From the NCBI GenBank assembly GCA_012798315.1, contig JAAZNL010000004.1, positions 1 to 62,279 on the forward strand: a stretch of 62,279 nucleotides of DNA. The letters run 5' to 3'. The notes below the pieces were generated by a model. That model ran no database searches and had not been told where the DNA came from. It was given only the letters and a program-made list of their open reading frames with translations. Each line of letters opens with the position of its first letter. Positions within the stretch are counted from its first letter, which is position 1. This document shows, piece by piece, positions 50,439 to 59,248 of this stretch. The translations under genes were made by a program, and so were the position numbers. Source of the stretch: a candidate division WWE3 bacterium (GTDB lineage Bacteria > Patescibacteriota > WWE3 > UBA101185 > UBA10185).

Positions 50439-50849
50439 ATGAAACATTTATTACGGGTCTTTACTTTTGTTCTTATAGCAGTGTTTTCCGCCGAAATGCT
50501 GTTACCTTTTTTTTCTTTCGGTAAAGATCCAAAAACAATGTATTTGTTTATTGTTTTGTTATTTTTGTTATTTAACTTTAAAAAGCCGATACTTAAAACT
50601 ATAGCTTTGCCGGACGATGGTCTTCTTTATCTGTTCATTAGTTTTGTGCTAACTTTGATAGTTATTAACGTTTACTCAATGTTTTTTTCGTATTTTCACA
50701 TTGAGCCTGTTACCACTCCGAATTTGCTAATTTTGGGCGTTGTGCTAACATCTTACAATCTTAGCAAGCTTTGGTCAGGTGCTCTGGCGGCCTTGTTAAT
50801 AAGCTTAATTTATAATTATTTAGATTGGGTTAGTAGAAGAAAAAAATAG
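50439..50849 (+). CDS. Four-TM membrane protein (YvlD/phage holin 4-like)
   Basis: Four hydrophobic helices; KPILKTIALP motif. Confidence 0.55.
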   Translation: MKHLLRVFTFVLIAVFSAEMLLPFFSFGKDPKTMYLFIVLLFLLFNFKKPILKTIALPDDGLLYLFISFVLTLIVINVYSMFFSYFHIEPVTTPNLLILGVVLTSYNLSKLWSGALAALLISLIYNYLDWVSRRKK

Positions 50850-50852
50850 ATT

Positions 50853-51074
50853 ATGAATCCGGTATTTTTAAAAGTTTCTCAAATTATATTGACGATATTA
50901 ATGATTATATTGGTAGAAATACAGGCTAAAGGAAAAGGATTGGCCAGCGGAATCGGGGGAAATTTCACTTTTTACAGATCAAAACGAGGCGTAGAACGCT
51001 TTATTTTTGTATTGACCGTAGTAGTCACGGTGCTTCTGGTTGTAAACTCCCTGCTGCTTGTAATAAACGGATAA
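50853..51074 (+). CDS. secG: Preprotein translocase subunit SecG
   Basis: Two TM; IQAKGKGLASGIGG and RGVER motifs. Confidence 0.85.
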   Translation: MNPVFLKVSQIILTILMIILVEIQAKGKGLASGIGGNFTFYRSKRGVERFIFVLTVVVTVLLVVNSLLLVING

Positions 51075-51075
51075 T

Positions 51076-52398
51076 ATGTCAGATATTACAATTGAAGGCA
51101 ATATTCCTCTCCACGGAGAGGTTACAATAAACGGGGCCAAAAATTCAGCTATAAAACTGATGTTTGCTTCTATGTTTTCCAACGAGGATATTATTTTGGA
51201 AAATGTTCCCAATACGTACGCAATAAACGGTGATATTGAAATAATAAAAAGTATTGGCGGCACGGCCGAATGGATTGGCCATAACCGTCTGTTACTTAAC
51301 GGTTCGAAAATTAACTCTTACGAAATTCCATTCGAGGTAGGATCCCGTTTCAGAACCACTTTACTGCTAGCAGGCCCGTTGCTTTTTAGGTTCGGCAGAG
51401 CCAGCCTGCCTAGATTAGGATTAACTTCATATAGGCCGAGTCCGATAAACAGAATAATTAACGTTTGGGAATCCCTGGGAATTACGGTTGAAGTATCCGA
51501 TTCATTTATAAATTTAAAGGCAGACAAACTACATCCCGGAAATATTAGTTTTAGAACAACCAGTCATATGGGTACGGATAATGCGATCATTTGCAGTATT
51601 TTTATGGAAGGCGATACCATAATAAATAATTGCTCCGAGGAACCGGAAATTGAGGATTTATTGGGGTTTTGTGAATTACTTGGCGCAAAAATTACAAGAT
51701 TAGAACCCAGAAAAATTAAAATTACCGGTACAAAAATATTCAGGGGAGGAAATTTTACTGTACAGTCGGACAAAATAGAGCCTGTCATATTTGCATCAGC
51801 AGCTTTAATGACCAACGGAAATATAATCCTCAAAAAAATATATCGTGAGTCTATGGTTCAGTTTGTAAATTTCCTAACAAAAATAGGGGCAAACTACGAA
51901 TTGCAAGGAGAAGAACTAAAGATATGGCGTAATGGAGGAACATTTAATCCGGCGAATATTACAGTTGTTCCCAGCCCGGGATTTATTCCGGATTGGCAAC
52001 CTTACGCTACTCTTTTACTTACTCAGGCCAATGGACTTAGTACAGTGCATGATACAGTTTATGTTGATAGATTCGAATATGTTCAGGATTTAAACAGAAT
52101 GGGGGCGGATATAGAATTAGTTAAACCTTCCTCAATGGGTGTAATTCCTATTTTAAGCGATGATTCGTATGATTTTGAAGTACAAGGGGAACCTTTGACA
52201 TTAGCAAAGATCACGGGTCCATCTCAGTTAAAAGGAAGAAAAATTCAAATTACCGACACTCGCATTACTCCGTATTTTTTAGTTACCGCTGTTTCCGCAG
52301 AAGGAAAAACGGAAATTGTAGATTATGATAATCGTTTTGAAGGTTATGAAGATTTAATAGGTCGATTGGAAAATTTGGGGGCTAGGATCTATAGTTAA
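51076..52398 (+). CDS. murA: MurA-family enolpyruvyl transferase with divergent active-site loop
   Basis: GAKNSA, EPEI, PGFIPDWQ, DRF-Y--DL-RMGA and LENLGA motifs; Cys115 position is Gly. Confidence 0.85.
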   Translation: MSDITIEGNIPLHGEVTINGAKNSAIKLMFASMFSNEDIILENVPNTYAINGDIEIIKSIGGTAEWIGHNRLLLNGSKINSYEIPFEVGSRFRTTLLLAGPLLFRFGRASLPRLGLTSYRPSPINRIINVWESLGITVEVSDSFINLKADKLHPGNISFRTTSHMGTDNAIICSIFMEGDTIINNCSEEPEIEDLLGFCELLGAKITRLEPRKIKITGTKIFRGGNFTVQSDKIEPVIFASAALMTNGNIILKKIYRESMVQFVNFLTKIGANYELQGEELKIWRNGGTFNPANITVVPSPGFIPDWQPYATLLLTQANGLSTVHDTVYVDRFEYVQDLNRMGADIELVKPSSMGVIPILSDDSYDFEVQGEPLTLAKITGPSQLKGRKIQITDTRITPYFLVTAVSAEGKTEIVDYDNRFEGYEDLIGRLENLGARIYS

Positions 52399-52401
52399 CT
52401 T

Positions 52402-53490
52402 ATGAGTGATATTGGTATTATTTACGACTTTCTTTTGCTTTTCCTCTCTTTTGCTATTTCATTCGCGTTATATCCATTTTGGATTAGTTTTGTGTACAAA
52501 TATCAGCTCGGAGAGGTAAGCCGTGTGCATGAATCGAAGCAAGGGACTCCTACAATGGGAGGGTTTGTTTTTGTGCTGACTATAGCTTTGGTTACTATTC
52601 TTTTCAACAATTCCCGAACACAAACACTTTTGCCTTTATTTATTGCTACAACAACAGGATTACTTGGACTGTGGGAGGATTTACTAAAGGTATTTTATAA
52701 ATCAGGATTGGCGAATGTTTTTGACTCCAAAAAAATCCGTAACCCGTTTTTGAGGTTTTTTAATAAAGTAACCATACCTTTGTTTATCACATTACCTTGG
52801 AGGTTTTTCCGTGAATTTTCCAGGGTTGTTGGTAGCAGTGCGGGAACGGGAATAGAAACATATAAAAAATTTGTTATACAAGGGATGATTGCAGGCTTTA
52901 TGGCATATTGGACTTACTTTAAACTAGGCTGGGATTATATATGGTTTCCTTTGGTAGGAAATATTCATTTTAGTTATTTGTATCCGGTTATAATATTTCT
53001 ATTTTTTATAGTAGTTTTAAATTCGGTAGCATTTACAGACGGATTGGACGGACTAGCGGGGGGTTTGGGCATCATAGCCTTTTTGGCCTTTTGGGTTATT
53101 GCCCGGATGCTTGGTTACAACATGATCGCAGCCTTCTGTTCATCGTTTGTGGGTGTTTTGCTACCGTTCTTATATTTTAATGTTTTTCCAGCCCGTGTAT
53201 TTATGGGAAATGTGGGTTCCCACGTGCTTGGTGCAGTGTTGGCTTCACTGGCTGTTTTAATGCACAGAGAAGTCGCGTTTTTATTTATTGGTGCCGTATT
53301 TCTTGTCGATGGGATTTCCAGCCCCCTTCAACAGATATCCGTAAAACTGACTCACAAACGATTATTTAGAATGGCTCCTTTGCATCATCATTTTGAAAAA
53401 TTAGAATGGCCCGAATCGAAAGTTACAATGCGTATGTGGCTATTTGGAGCCTTTTTCGCTTTTATTGGAATATTCTTAGCATTGTTGTAA
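52402..53490 (+). CDS. mraY: MraY-family translocase, divergent
   Basis: KQGTPTMGG, TDGLDGL, PARVFMG and MAPLHHHFE motifs; DD is ED and FMGD is FMGN. Confidence 0.88.
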   Translation: MSDIGIIYDFLLLFLSFAISFALYPFWISFVYKYQLGEVSRVHESKQGTPTMGGFVFVLTIALVTILFNNSRTQTLLPLFIATTTGLLGLWEDLLKVFYKSGLANVFDSKKIRNPFLRFFNKVTIPLFITLPWRFFREFSRVVGSSAGTGIETYKKFVIQGMIAGFMAYWTYFKLGWDYIWFPLVGNIHFSYLYPVIIFLFFIVVLNSVAFTDGLDGLAGGLGIIAFLAFWVIARMLGYNMIAAFCSSFVGVLLPFLYFNVFPARVFMGNVGSHVLGAVLASLAVLMHREVAFLFIGAVFLVDGISSPLQQISVKLTHKRLFRMAPLHHHFEKLEWPESKVTMRMWLFGAFFAFIGIFLALL

Positions 53491-53499
53491 ATTTTTATT

Positions 53500-54711
53500 A
53501 TGCTGCCCAATTCTGCAAAACCAAAACGGAATAGAAAGGTTTCGAGAAAAGGAGATTATTTCGTTTTTTCGAATTTTAAAACCGGTGATAAAGGTTTATT
53601 GATGGTTGTCGCAGGTTTGCTGATCGCGGGTTTGGTTGTAATTTATAGTTCTACTGTAGTTCATTCTCAAAATGTCTTTAACGACCCTTATAGATTTGTA
53701 GTTTTACAACTTGGCTGGATAATAATAAGTTTATTCGGATTTTTCTTTTTCTATAATTTTAACTATGACCACGTTCGCAGATTGAGTTATGTTTTTATGG
53801 GACTCACTGTTTTTTTTCTATTTATATTATCGATATCAGGAATATTACCTTGTGACATGAGCAATGTTTTTATGCCGTGTATCAATGAGGCTAACCGTTG
53901 GTTTATTTTAAACCCATCTCCACTGCCTCAATTACCTATTATAGGCGAATTAGGTTTTCAGCCTTCGGAATTTGCTAAACTTTCGCTGATTTTATTTCTT
54001 AGCGCTAACATCCCAATATTAATTAAAAGCAGAAAAACACCGTTTGTGTTCTATATTATAGCCACAGGGTTAGTATCATTATTAGTCTTATTACAACCCA
54101 ATATGTCAACCGCAGTTACGCTTTTCTTAATAGGAAGTACTATTTATTTTTGTTCGGGGGCATCGTTAAAACCGGCTTTCCTGATGGTTCCTCTGGGTTT
54201 GGTGTTAGCTATAGTGTTTATTCTTACATCGCCATATCGGCGCGAACGTCTAATGACTTTTGTCCAGGGTTATGGAACAGGTGATGATTTATCCTCGGGT
54301 TACCAAATAAAACAAGTATCAATAGCCCTGGGAAATGGCGGATTATTGGGTGTGGGGTTTGGGCAGTCTAAACAAAAATATTATCTACCGGAGGTTTCCT
54401 CGGATTCTATTTTCGCAATAATCGGAGAGGAATTTGGATTTATTGGCAGTATCGCATTTTTGTCTGCTTATATTTTTTTGCTTTATAGAGGATTCAAGAT
54501 TGCTTTGGAACAGGACGATGATGCCCGAAGGTTATTATGCGTAGGTGTTACAACTTGGCTGGGGGTACAACTGCTTATTCACGTTTCAGCAAATTCTTCT
54601 CTAATTCCTTATACCGGAGTTCCTATACCTTTAGTATCTTACGGGGGATCGTCAATGCTTTTTAGTTTAATGGGATTGGGAATATTAGCAGGATTAAGCA
54701 AACGTTCCTGA
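53500..54711 (+). CDS. ftsW: SEDS peptidoglycan polymerase FtsW
   Basis: QPSEFAK, LPEVSSDSIF, GEEFG and PLVSYGGSS motifs. Confidence 0.92.
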   Translation: MLPNSAKPKRNRKVSRKGDYFVFSNFKTGDKGLLMVVAGLLIAGLVVIYSSTVVHSQNVFNDPYRFVVLQLGWIIISLFGFFFFYNFNYDHVRRLSYVFMGLTVFFLFILSISGILPCDMSNVFMPCINEANRWFILNPSPLPQLPIIGELGFQPSEFAKLSLILFLSANIPILIKSRKTPFVFYIIATGLVSLLVLLQPNMSTAVTLFLIGSTIYFCSGASLKPAFLMVPLGLVLAIVFILTSPYRRERLMTFVQGYGTGDDLSSGYQIKQVSIALGNGGLLGVGFGQSKQKYYLPEVSSDSIFAIIGEEFGFIGSIAFLSAYIFLLYRGFKIALEQDDDARRLLCVGVTTWLGVQLLIHVSANSSLIPYTGVPIPLVSYGGSSMLFSLMGLGILAGLSKRS

Positions 54712-54734
54712 GCCGGATATACTATACTAGTTGT

Positions 54735-55841
54735 ATGAAACTAGTAATTACAGGAGGGCATCATTCTTCCGCTTTACCGGTAATAGCTTTGATTAAAAAA
54801 GAGCACCCCGATTGGGAGTTGTACTGGTTTGGACACAGGCATTCTCTCAAAAACGACAAAAACGATTCTTTAGAATACAGAGAGATTAGTTCACTAAATA
54901 TTCCTTTTTTCGATTTACATACCGGCAAGGTTTATAAGGTATATAACCCTTTTAAGGTATTAAAAGTCTTTGGTGGGCTGATTCAAGCTTATAATATTTT
55001 GCGGGTTATAAAGCCCGATTTGATACTTTCATTCGGCGGTTATTTGGCGGTACCGGTAGTTTTATCGGGGAATTTGCTTGGAATTAAATCTATCACGCAT
55101 GAACAGACACTTGTTGCGGGTTACGCAAATAAAGTAATAGCTAAGTTTGCCGCTAAAATATTATTATCCTGGGACAGCTCCAAAATATATTTTCCCCAGA
55201 ATAAAGTTGTTGTGACAGGCTTGCCCCTTAGAGAGACTATATTTAATGTAAAATCCAACAGCTTTACCGCGGACAATGCGCTCCCTTATATTTTTGTTAT
55301 GGGAGGAAAAAGCGGATCACACTTGCTTAACGTTGTATTTAAAGAAGCCTTGCCGGAATTGCTCAAAAAATATAATGTAATACACCAATGTGGAGATTAT
55401 TCGGTTTACAATGATTACGAGAAATTAGTTAAATATTATTCAGGTATTAAATCTTCGGTGTCCGGAAAATATTTTGTTCAAAAATTTATTCTCGAGAATG
55501 AAATCGGGGAGGCTTACAACAAGGCAAATATTATTGTTTCCAGGTCGGGCGCGCATACCATTGCGGAAATTTTGGCTTTAAAAAAACGGGCCCTACTTAT
55601 TCCTATACCCTGGGTTTCTCACAATGAACAGTATATAAATGCAGATTACGTAAAAAACCTAGGTCTCGCGGATATATTGCTGGAAAAAGATCTTGATGTT
55701 GAGAATCTAATAAATAAAATCGATTTGGTACTAAAAAAGAATGACAGCCAAGTTTCAGATTTATACGGTGATCTGAGCCGAGAAGCTGCCGAAAAAATAT
55801 TAAATGAAATTATCCTCGCCCATAAAGAGAAAAAAGCTTGA
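54735..55841 (+). CDS. murG: MurG glycosyltransferase
   Basis: TGGH, FGGY, HEQT, SRSGA and EQYINA motifs. Confidence 0.92.
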   Translation: MKLVITGGHHSSALPVIALIKKEHPDWELYWFGHRHSLKNDKNDSLEYREISSLNIPFFDLHTGKVYKVYNPFKVLKVFGGLIQAYNILRVIKPDLILSFGGYLAVPVVLSGNLLGIKSITHEQTLVAGYANKVIAKFAAKILLSWDSSKIYFPQNKVVVTGLPLRETIFNVKSNSFTADNALPYIFVMGGKSGSHLLNVVFKEALPELLKKYNVIHQCGDYSVYNDYEKLVKYYSGIKSSVSGKYFVQKFILENEIGEAYNKANIIVSRSGAHTIAEILALKKRALLIPIPWVSHNEQYINADYVKNLGLADILLEKDLDVENLINKIDLVLKKNDSQVSDLYGDLSREAAEKILNEIILAHKEKKA

Positions 55842-56631
55842 AATTAAACCGGTAAAGTTATCATACTATTCGCATACTTCGGATAATAAAAATAGTTTCC
55901 CGGTTAAACCAATACCTAGACGGCTTAGAAGCGCCGTAAAAATTGTAGCCTGTTTTATATTTGCAGGTGCATTAATTCCATTTATTTATTATTTAATAAA
56001 CGCAAATAATTTTTTGGAAGTTACTGAGGTAGTAGTATACGGAGAAGACAACTTTGTACCGGTCAAAGAAGTCCTTACATATTCAGAAAGTAAGGTTTTG
56101 GGAAAATCCATCCTAAGTCTTAGTACTAAAGAGTATGAAAAATACATAAAGGACACATTTCTTGCCGTTGACAAGGCAAGTATGAAAATTAAGTGGCCGA
56201 ATAAAATAATTGTAAATATAACAGAAAGAATTCCTGTCGCCATTTTGGATAATTACGGGAATAAATTTTTTGTAGATAAAGAAGGCTATGTGATGAAACA
56301 GCTATCTGAAGATTCTTATAATTATCCGGAAATTGTTTATGAAGAAAAGGTAAATGTCGGGCAATTTATAAATCAAAATATAGTTCCGCTTAGCGTCGAA
56401 CTTAATAAACATGCTAAAGATTCAAATTTGGTCATTAATAAAATGCAATTTAATAGTCAGTACATATCTCTTAATATAAATGATAATATTGTAGTCGACT
56501 TATCTTTACAGAAGGATAACGTACTAGCTATGAAGCAGATTAGCGCGATTATTCAAAAGACCTCATCGGAAGGCCAAAAACTAAGGAAAGTCGATTTACG
56601 ATTCGAAAAAGTAATAGTATTATATGACTAA
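55804..56631 (+). CDS. ftsQ: FtsQ/DivIB (POTRA) cell division protein
   Basis: TM, WPNKIIVNITER and VDLRF motifs; between murG and ftsA. Confidence 0.8.
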   Translation: MKLSSPIKRKKLEIKPVKLSYYSHTSDNKNSFPVKPIPRRLRSAVKIVACFIFAGALIPFIYYLINANNFLEVTEVVVYGEDNFVPVKEVLTYSESKVLGKSILSLSTKEYEKYIKDTFLAVDKASMKIKWPNKIIVNITERIPVAILDNYGNKFFVDKEGYVMKQLSEDSYNYPEIVYEEKVNVGQFINQNIVPLSVELNKHAKDSNLVINKMQFNSQYISLNINDNIVVDLSLQKDNVLAMKQISAIIQKTSSEGQKLRKVDLRFEKVIVLYD

Positions 56632-56633
56632 CT

Positions 56634-57887
56634 ATGGCCAAAGATAAAATAATCACCGGTATTGACATAGGTTCAACTAAGATTAGCACCACAATAGCTT
56701 CGGTATCAGAAAACAAGATTTCGGTTATCGGCGTTTCAGGAAACGTAGAATCTAAGGGAATAAAAAAAGGCAATGTCGTAGATATAGATGCTGCCGTAGA
56801 GGCTATCTTATCCAGCTTAGAAAGAGCTGAAAGAATGGCTGGTGTGTCTGTATCTTCCGTTTTTATCACCGTTAACGGCAGCCATATTGAAACTTTAAAT
56901 TCTCATGGTGTTGTAGCTGTATCACCGACTCAAAGTTCAGAAATTACCCAGGAAGATGTTGCCCGTGTTGTAGAAGCAGCACAAGCGGTTTCAATCCCAT
57001 CAACAAGAGAAATTATTCACGTAATTCCCAGGGATTTCATAGTAGATTCGCAGGACGGAATAAAAGATCCCGTAGGAATGTCGGGTGTTCGATTAGAAGT
57101 TGAGACAAACATCATTCATGGCTCTTCAACCGCGATTCGTAATTTAGTTAAGTGCGTAACTCAGGCGGGCGTGGATGTAGAAGAAATGGTTTATACGGGT
57201 ATCGCGTCAGCGGAAGCTGTTTTAACCGATACAGAAAAGGAGTTGGGAACTTTGTTGGTAGATATTGGTGGGGGGACGACCTCCATCGTTGCTTTTCTGG
57301 AGGGTAGCCCGGTTTATTCTTGCGTTTTACCCATAGGTGGCAAGCTGATTTCTCAGGATTTAGCAATAGGCTTGAGAGCGCGCCTTGAAGATGCGGAGAA
57401 AATAAAAATTAAGTTGAGCAATGATGCTGCTTTAAAAATGATAGATCCTTCAAAAAAGTCCGATGAATTTGATGTTTCAGAATTTGGCTTGGAAGTTGAT
57501 TCCATATCAAAAAATTTGCTTTATAAAATAATAGATGCCCGTTTGGAAGAAATTTTTAGATTAATAGCGTTGGAAATATCAAAGGTAAATTTAACAGGAA
57601 AACTTCCGGCGGGTGTGGTTGTTACCGGTGGGGGTGCATTAACTTCGGGTGTAGAAAGAATGGCAAAATACACGCTTAAGGTTCCTACACGCATTGGTGT
57701 TCCAAAAGGAGTAACCGGATTGATCGATGAGATTCAAAGTCCAGGCTCTTCGGCTGTGGTCGGAACGATTTTATACGGAAGTAATTTAATTAGAAGCGGA
57801 TCACTGTTGTCTTTTGAAAATAATAAAGGTAATATGAAAAAGAGTATATCTAAAATTATTGAAAAATTTAAATCCTTCCTGCCCTAA
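56634..57887 (+). CDS. ftsA: Cell division protein FtsA
   Basis: GIDIGSTK, PVGMSGVRLE, VDIGGGTT and VTGGGA motifs. Confidence 0.96.
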   Translation: MAKDKIITGIDIGSTKISTTIASVSENKISVIGVSGNVESKGIKKGNVVDIDAAVEAILSSLERAERMAGVSVSSVFITVNGSHIETLNSHGVVAVSPTQSSEITQEDVARVVEAAQAVSIPSTREIIHVIPRDFIVDSQDGIKDPVGMSGVRLEVETNIIHGSSTAIRNLVKCVTQAGVDVEEMVYTGIASAEAVLTDTEKELGTLLVDIGGGTTSIVAFLEGSPVYSCVLPIGGKLISQDLAIGLRARLEDAEKIKIKLSNDAALKMIDPSKKSDEFDVSEFGLEVDSISKNLLYKIIDARLEEIFRLIALEISKVNLTGKLPAGVVVTGGGALTSGVERMAKYTLKVPTRIGVPKGVTGLIDEIQSPGSSAVVGTILYGSNLIRSGSLLSFENNKGNMKKSISKIIEKFKSFLP

Positions 57888-57902
57888 AAAATTTAACATT
57901 AT

Positions 57903-59045
57903 ATGCACGTTAAACCTGAAATCGAAAGGTTCGCAAAAATTAGAGTTATCGGAGTAGGCGGCGCCGGCGGCAACGTTATTAACTCTATGATAGATTCCCA
58001 ACAAATAAACGGTGTTGAGTTTATCGCCGTAAATACTGATGCGCAAGATTTATCGGTGAATAAAGCTTTTGTAAAAATTCCAATCGGTCAGGAGATTACG
58101 AACGGTCTTGGTGCAGGGGCAGACCCTGAAATCGGGCGCAAAGCCGCCGAAGAGTCTGAAGAAGTTATAAAAGCAAACCTTGAAGGTGCGGATATGGTGT
58201 TTATAACGGCAGGAATGGGCGGCGGTACAGGGACAGGCGCGTCTCCTGTAATTGCGAAAGTAGCAAAACAGATTGGCGCTCTTACCATTGGTGTTGTTAC
58301 AAAACCTTTCGCTTTTGAAGGAGCTCAGAGAGTCCGCAATGCAGAAACCGGTATAGATGAACTTCGCCGCGAGGTTGATGCCTTAATCACAATACCAAAT
58401 CAAAAACTTTTGGAAATCGCGGATGAAAACATGTCCGTTATCGATGCGTTCAAAATGTCCGATAGCGTTTTGAATCAGGGAGTCCAGGGAATTGCCGATC
58501 TGATTGTAATGCCGGGTTTAATTAATGTTGACTTTGCCGATGTCAAAACTGTAATGAAGGACGCGGGTACCGCCTTGATGGGTATTGGTATAGGTACGGG
58601 AGAAGGCCGCGCCGAGAATGCAGCTCGTGAGGCCATTTCTTCACCGTTGCTGGAACAATCTATTAAGGGAGCTACAGGAATTCTCTTTAACGTTATTGGC
58701 GGCAGAGATATGACTATGAAGGAAGTAGACAAGGCGGCAAATATTATTTCTCAGGTTGCAAGTCCCGAAGCAAATATTATTTTCGGAACTACTGTAGATG
58801 AGAAATATAATAATCAAATCAAGATTACTGTAATAGCAACCGGTTTCGAAACACCGGAAATGAAGGGCAGTATGGGACTTCCAAATGCATTTGCAAAAAC
58901 GGTATTGCCGAAAAAGGAAGAACCTAAAACAGATTTTGAAAGACATGAGGAGACCCCGGAAAAAAAGGAAACATGGAAGCCCGGTGAGCCTGAAAACGAT
59001 CTTGAAAGTAAGTATGATATCCCGGCTTTTTTAAGAGGTCGTTAG
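57903..59045 (+). CDS. ftsZ: Cell division protein FtsZ
   Basis: GGGTGTG, NVDFAD and C-terminal DIPAFLR motifs. Confidence 0.98.
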   Translation: MHVKPEIERFAKIRVIGVGGAGGNVINSMIDSQQINGVEFIAVNTDAQDLSVNKAFVKIPIGQEITNGLGAGADPEIGRKAAEESEEVIKANLEGADMVFITAGMGGGTGTGASPVIAKVAKQIGALTIGVVTKPFAFEGAQRVRNAETGIDELRREVDALITIPNQKLLEIADENMSVIDAFKMSDSVLNQGVQGIADLIVMPGLINVDFADVKTVMKDAGTALMGIGIGTGEGRAENAAREAISSPLLEQSIKGATGILFNVIGGRDMTMKEVDKAANIISQVASPEANIIFGTTVDEKYNNQIKITVIATGFETPEMKGSMGLPNAFAKTVLPKKEEPKTDFERHEETPEKKETWKPGEPENDLESKYDIPAFLRGR

Positions 59046-59072
59046 TTTTTATGGTGATGACAGCAAAGTAAG

Positions 59073-59081
59073 TTATCCACA
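59073..59081 (+). promoter_or_regulatory. Consensus DnaA box TTATCCACA upstream of nrdJ
   Basis: Exact 9-mer in the ftsZ-nrdJ intergenic region. Confidence 0.55.
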
Positions 59082-59248
59082 GTTGAAATATCAATAAAAG
59101 CTTTTGTCGGATTACAGATTATCTATTTGTCGTCCATTTTCTTTTGTGATTTTATTTAATAACAACGTAATAAATTAATTTAATTTATCACGGGCCGACA
59201 TCCTTTATGCAGTGAAAGGGTGCCGACTCATGAATAAATGGTCTGCCT

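Noticed and set aside
50439..50849. Holin-like gene as evidence of a prophage
   Set aside because: Housekeeping context (uvrC-secG) with no other phage genes
59046..59248. Cobalamin riboswitch or oriC upstream of nrdJ
   Set aside because: No B12-box or GGGAA elements and too little structured sequence for the riboswitch; only one DnaA box, insufficient for an origin call
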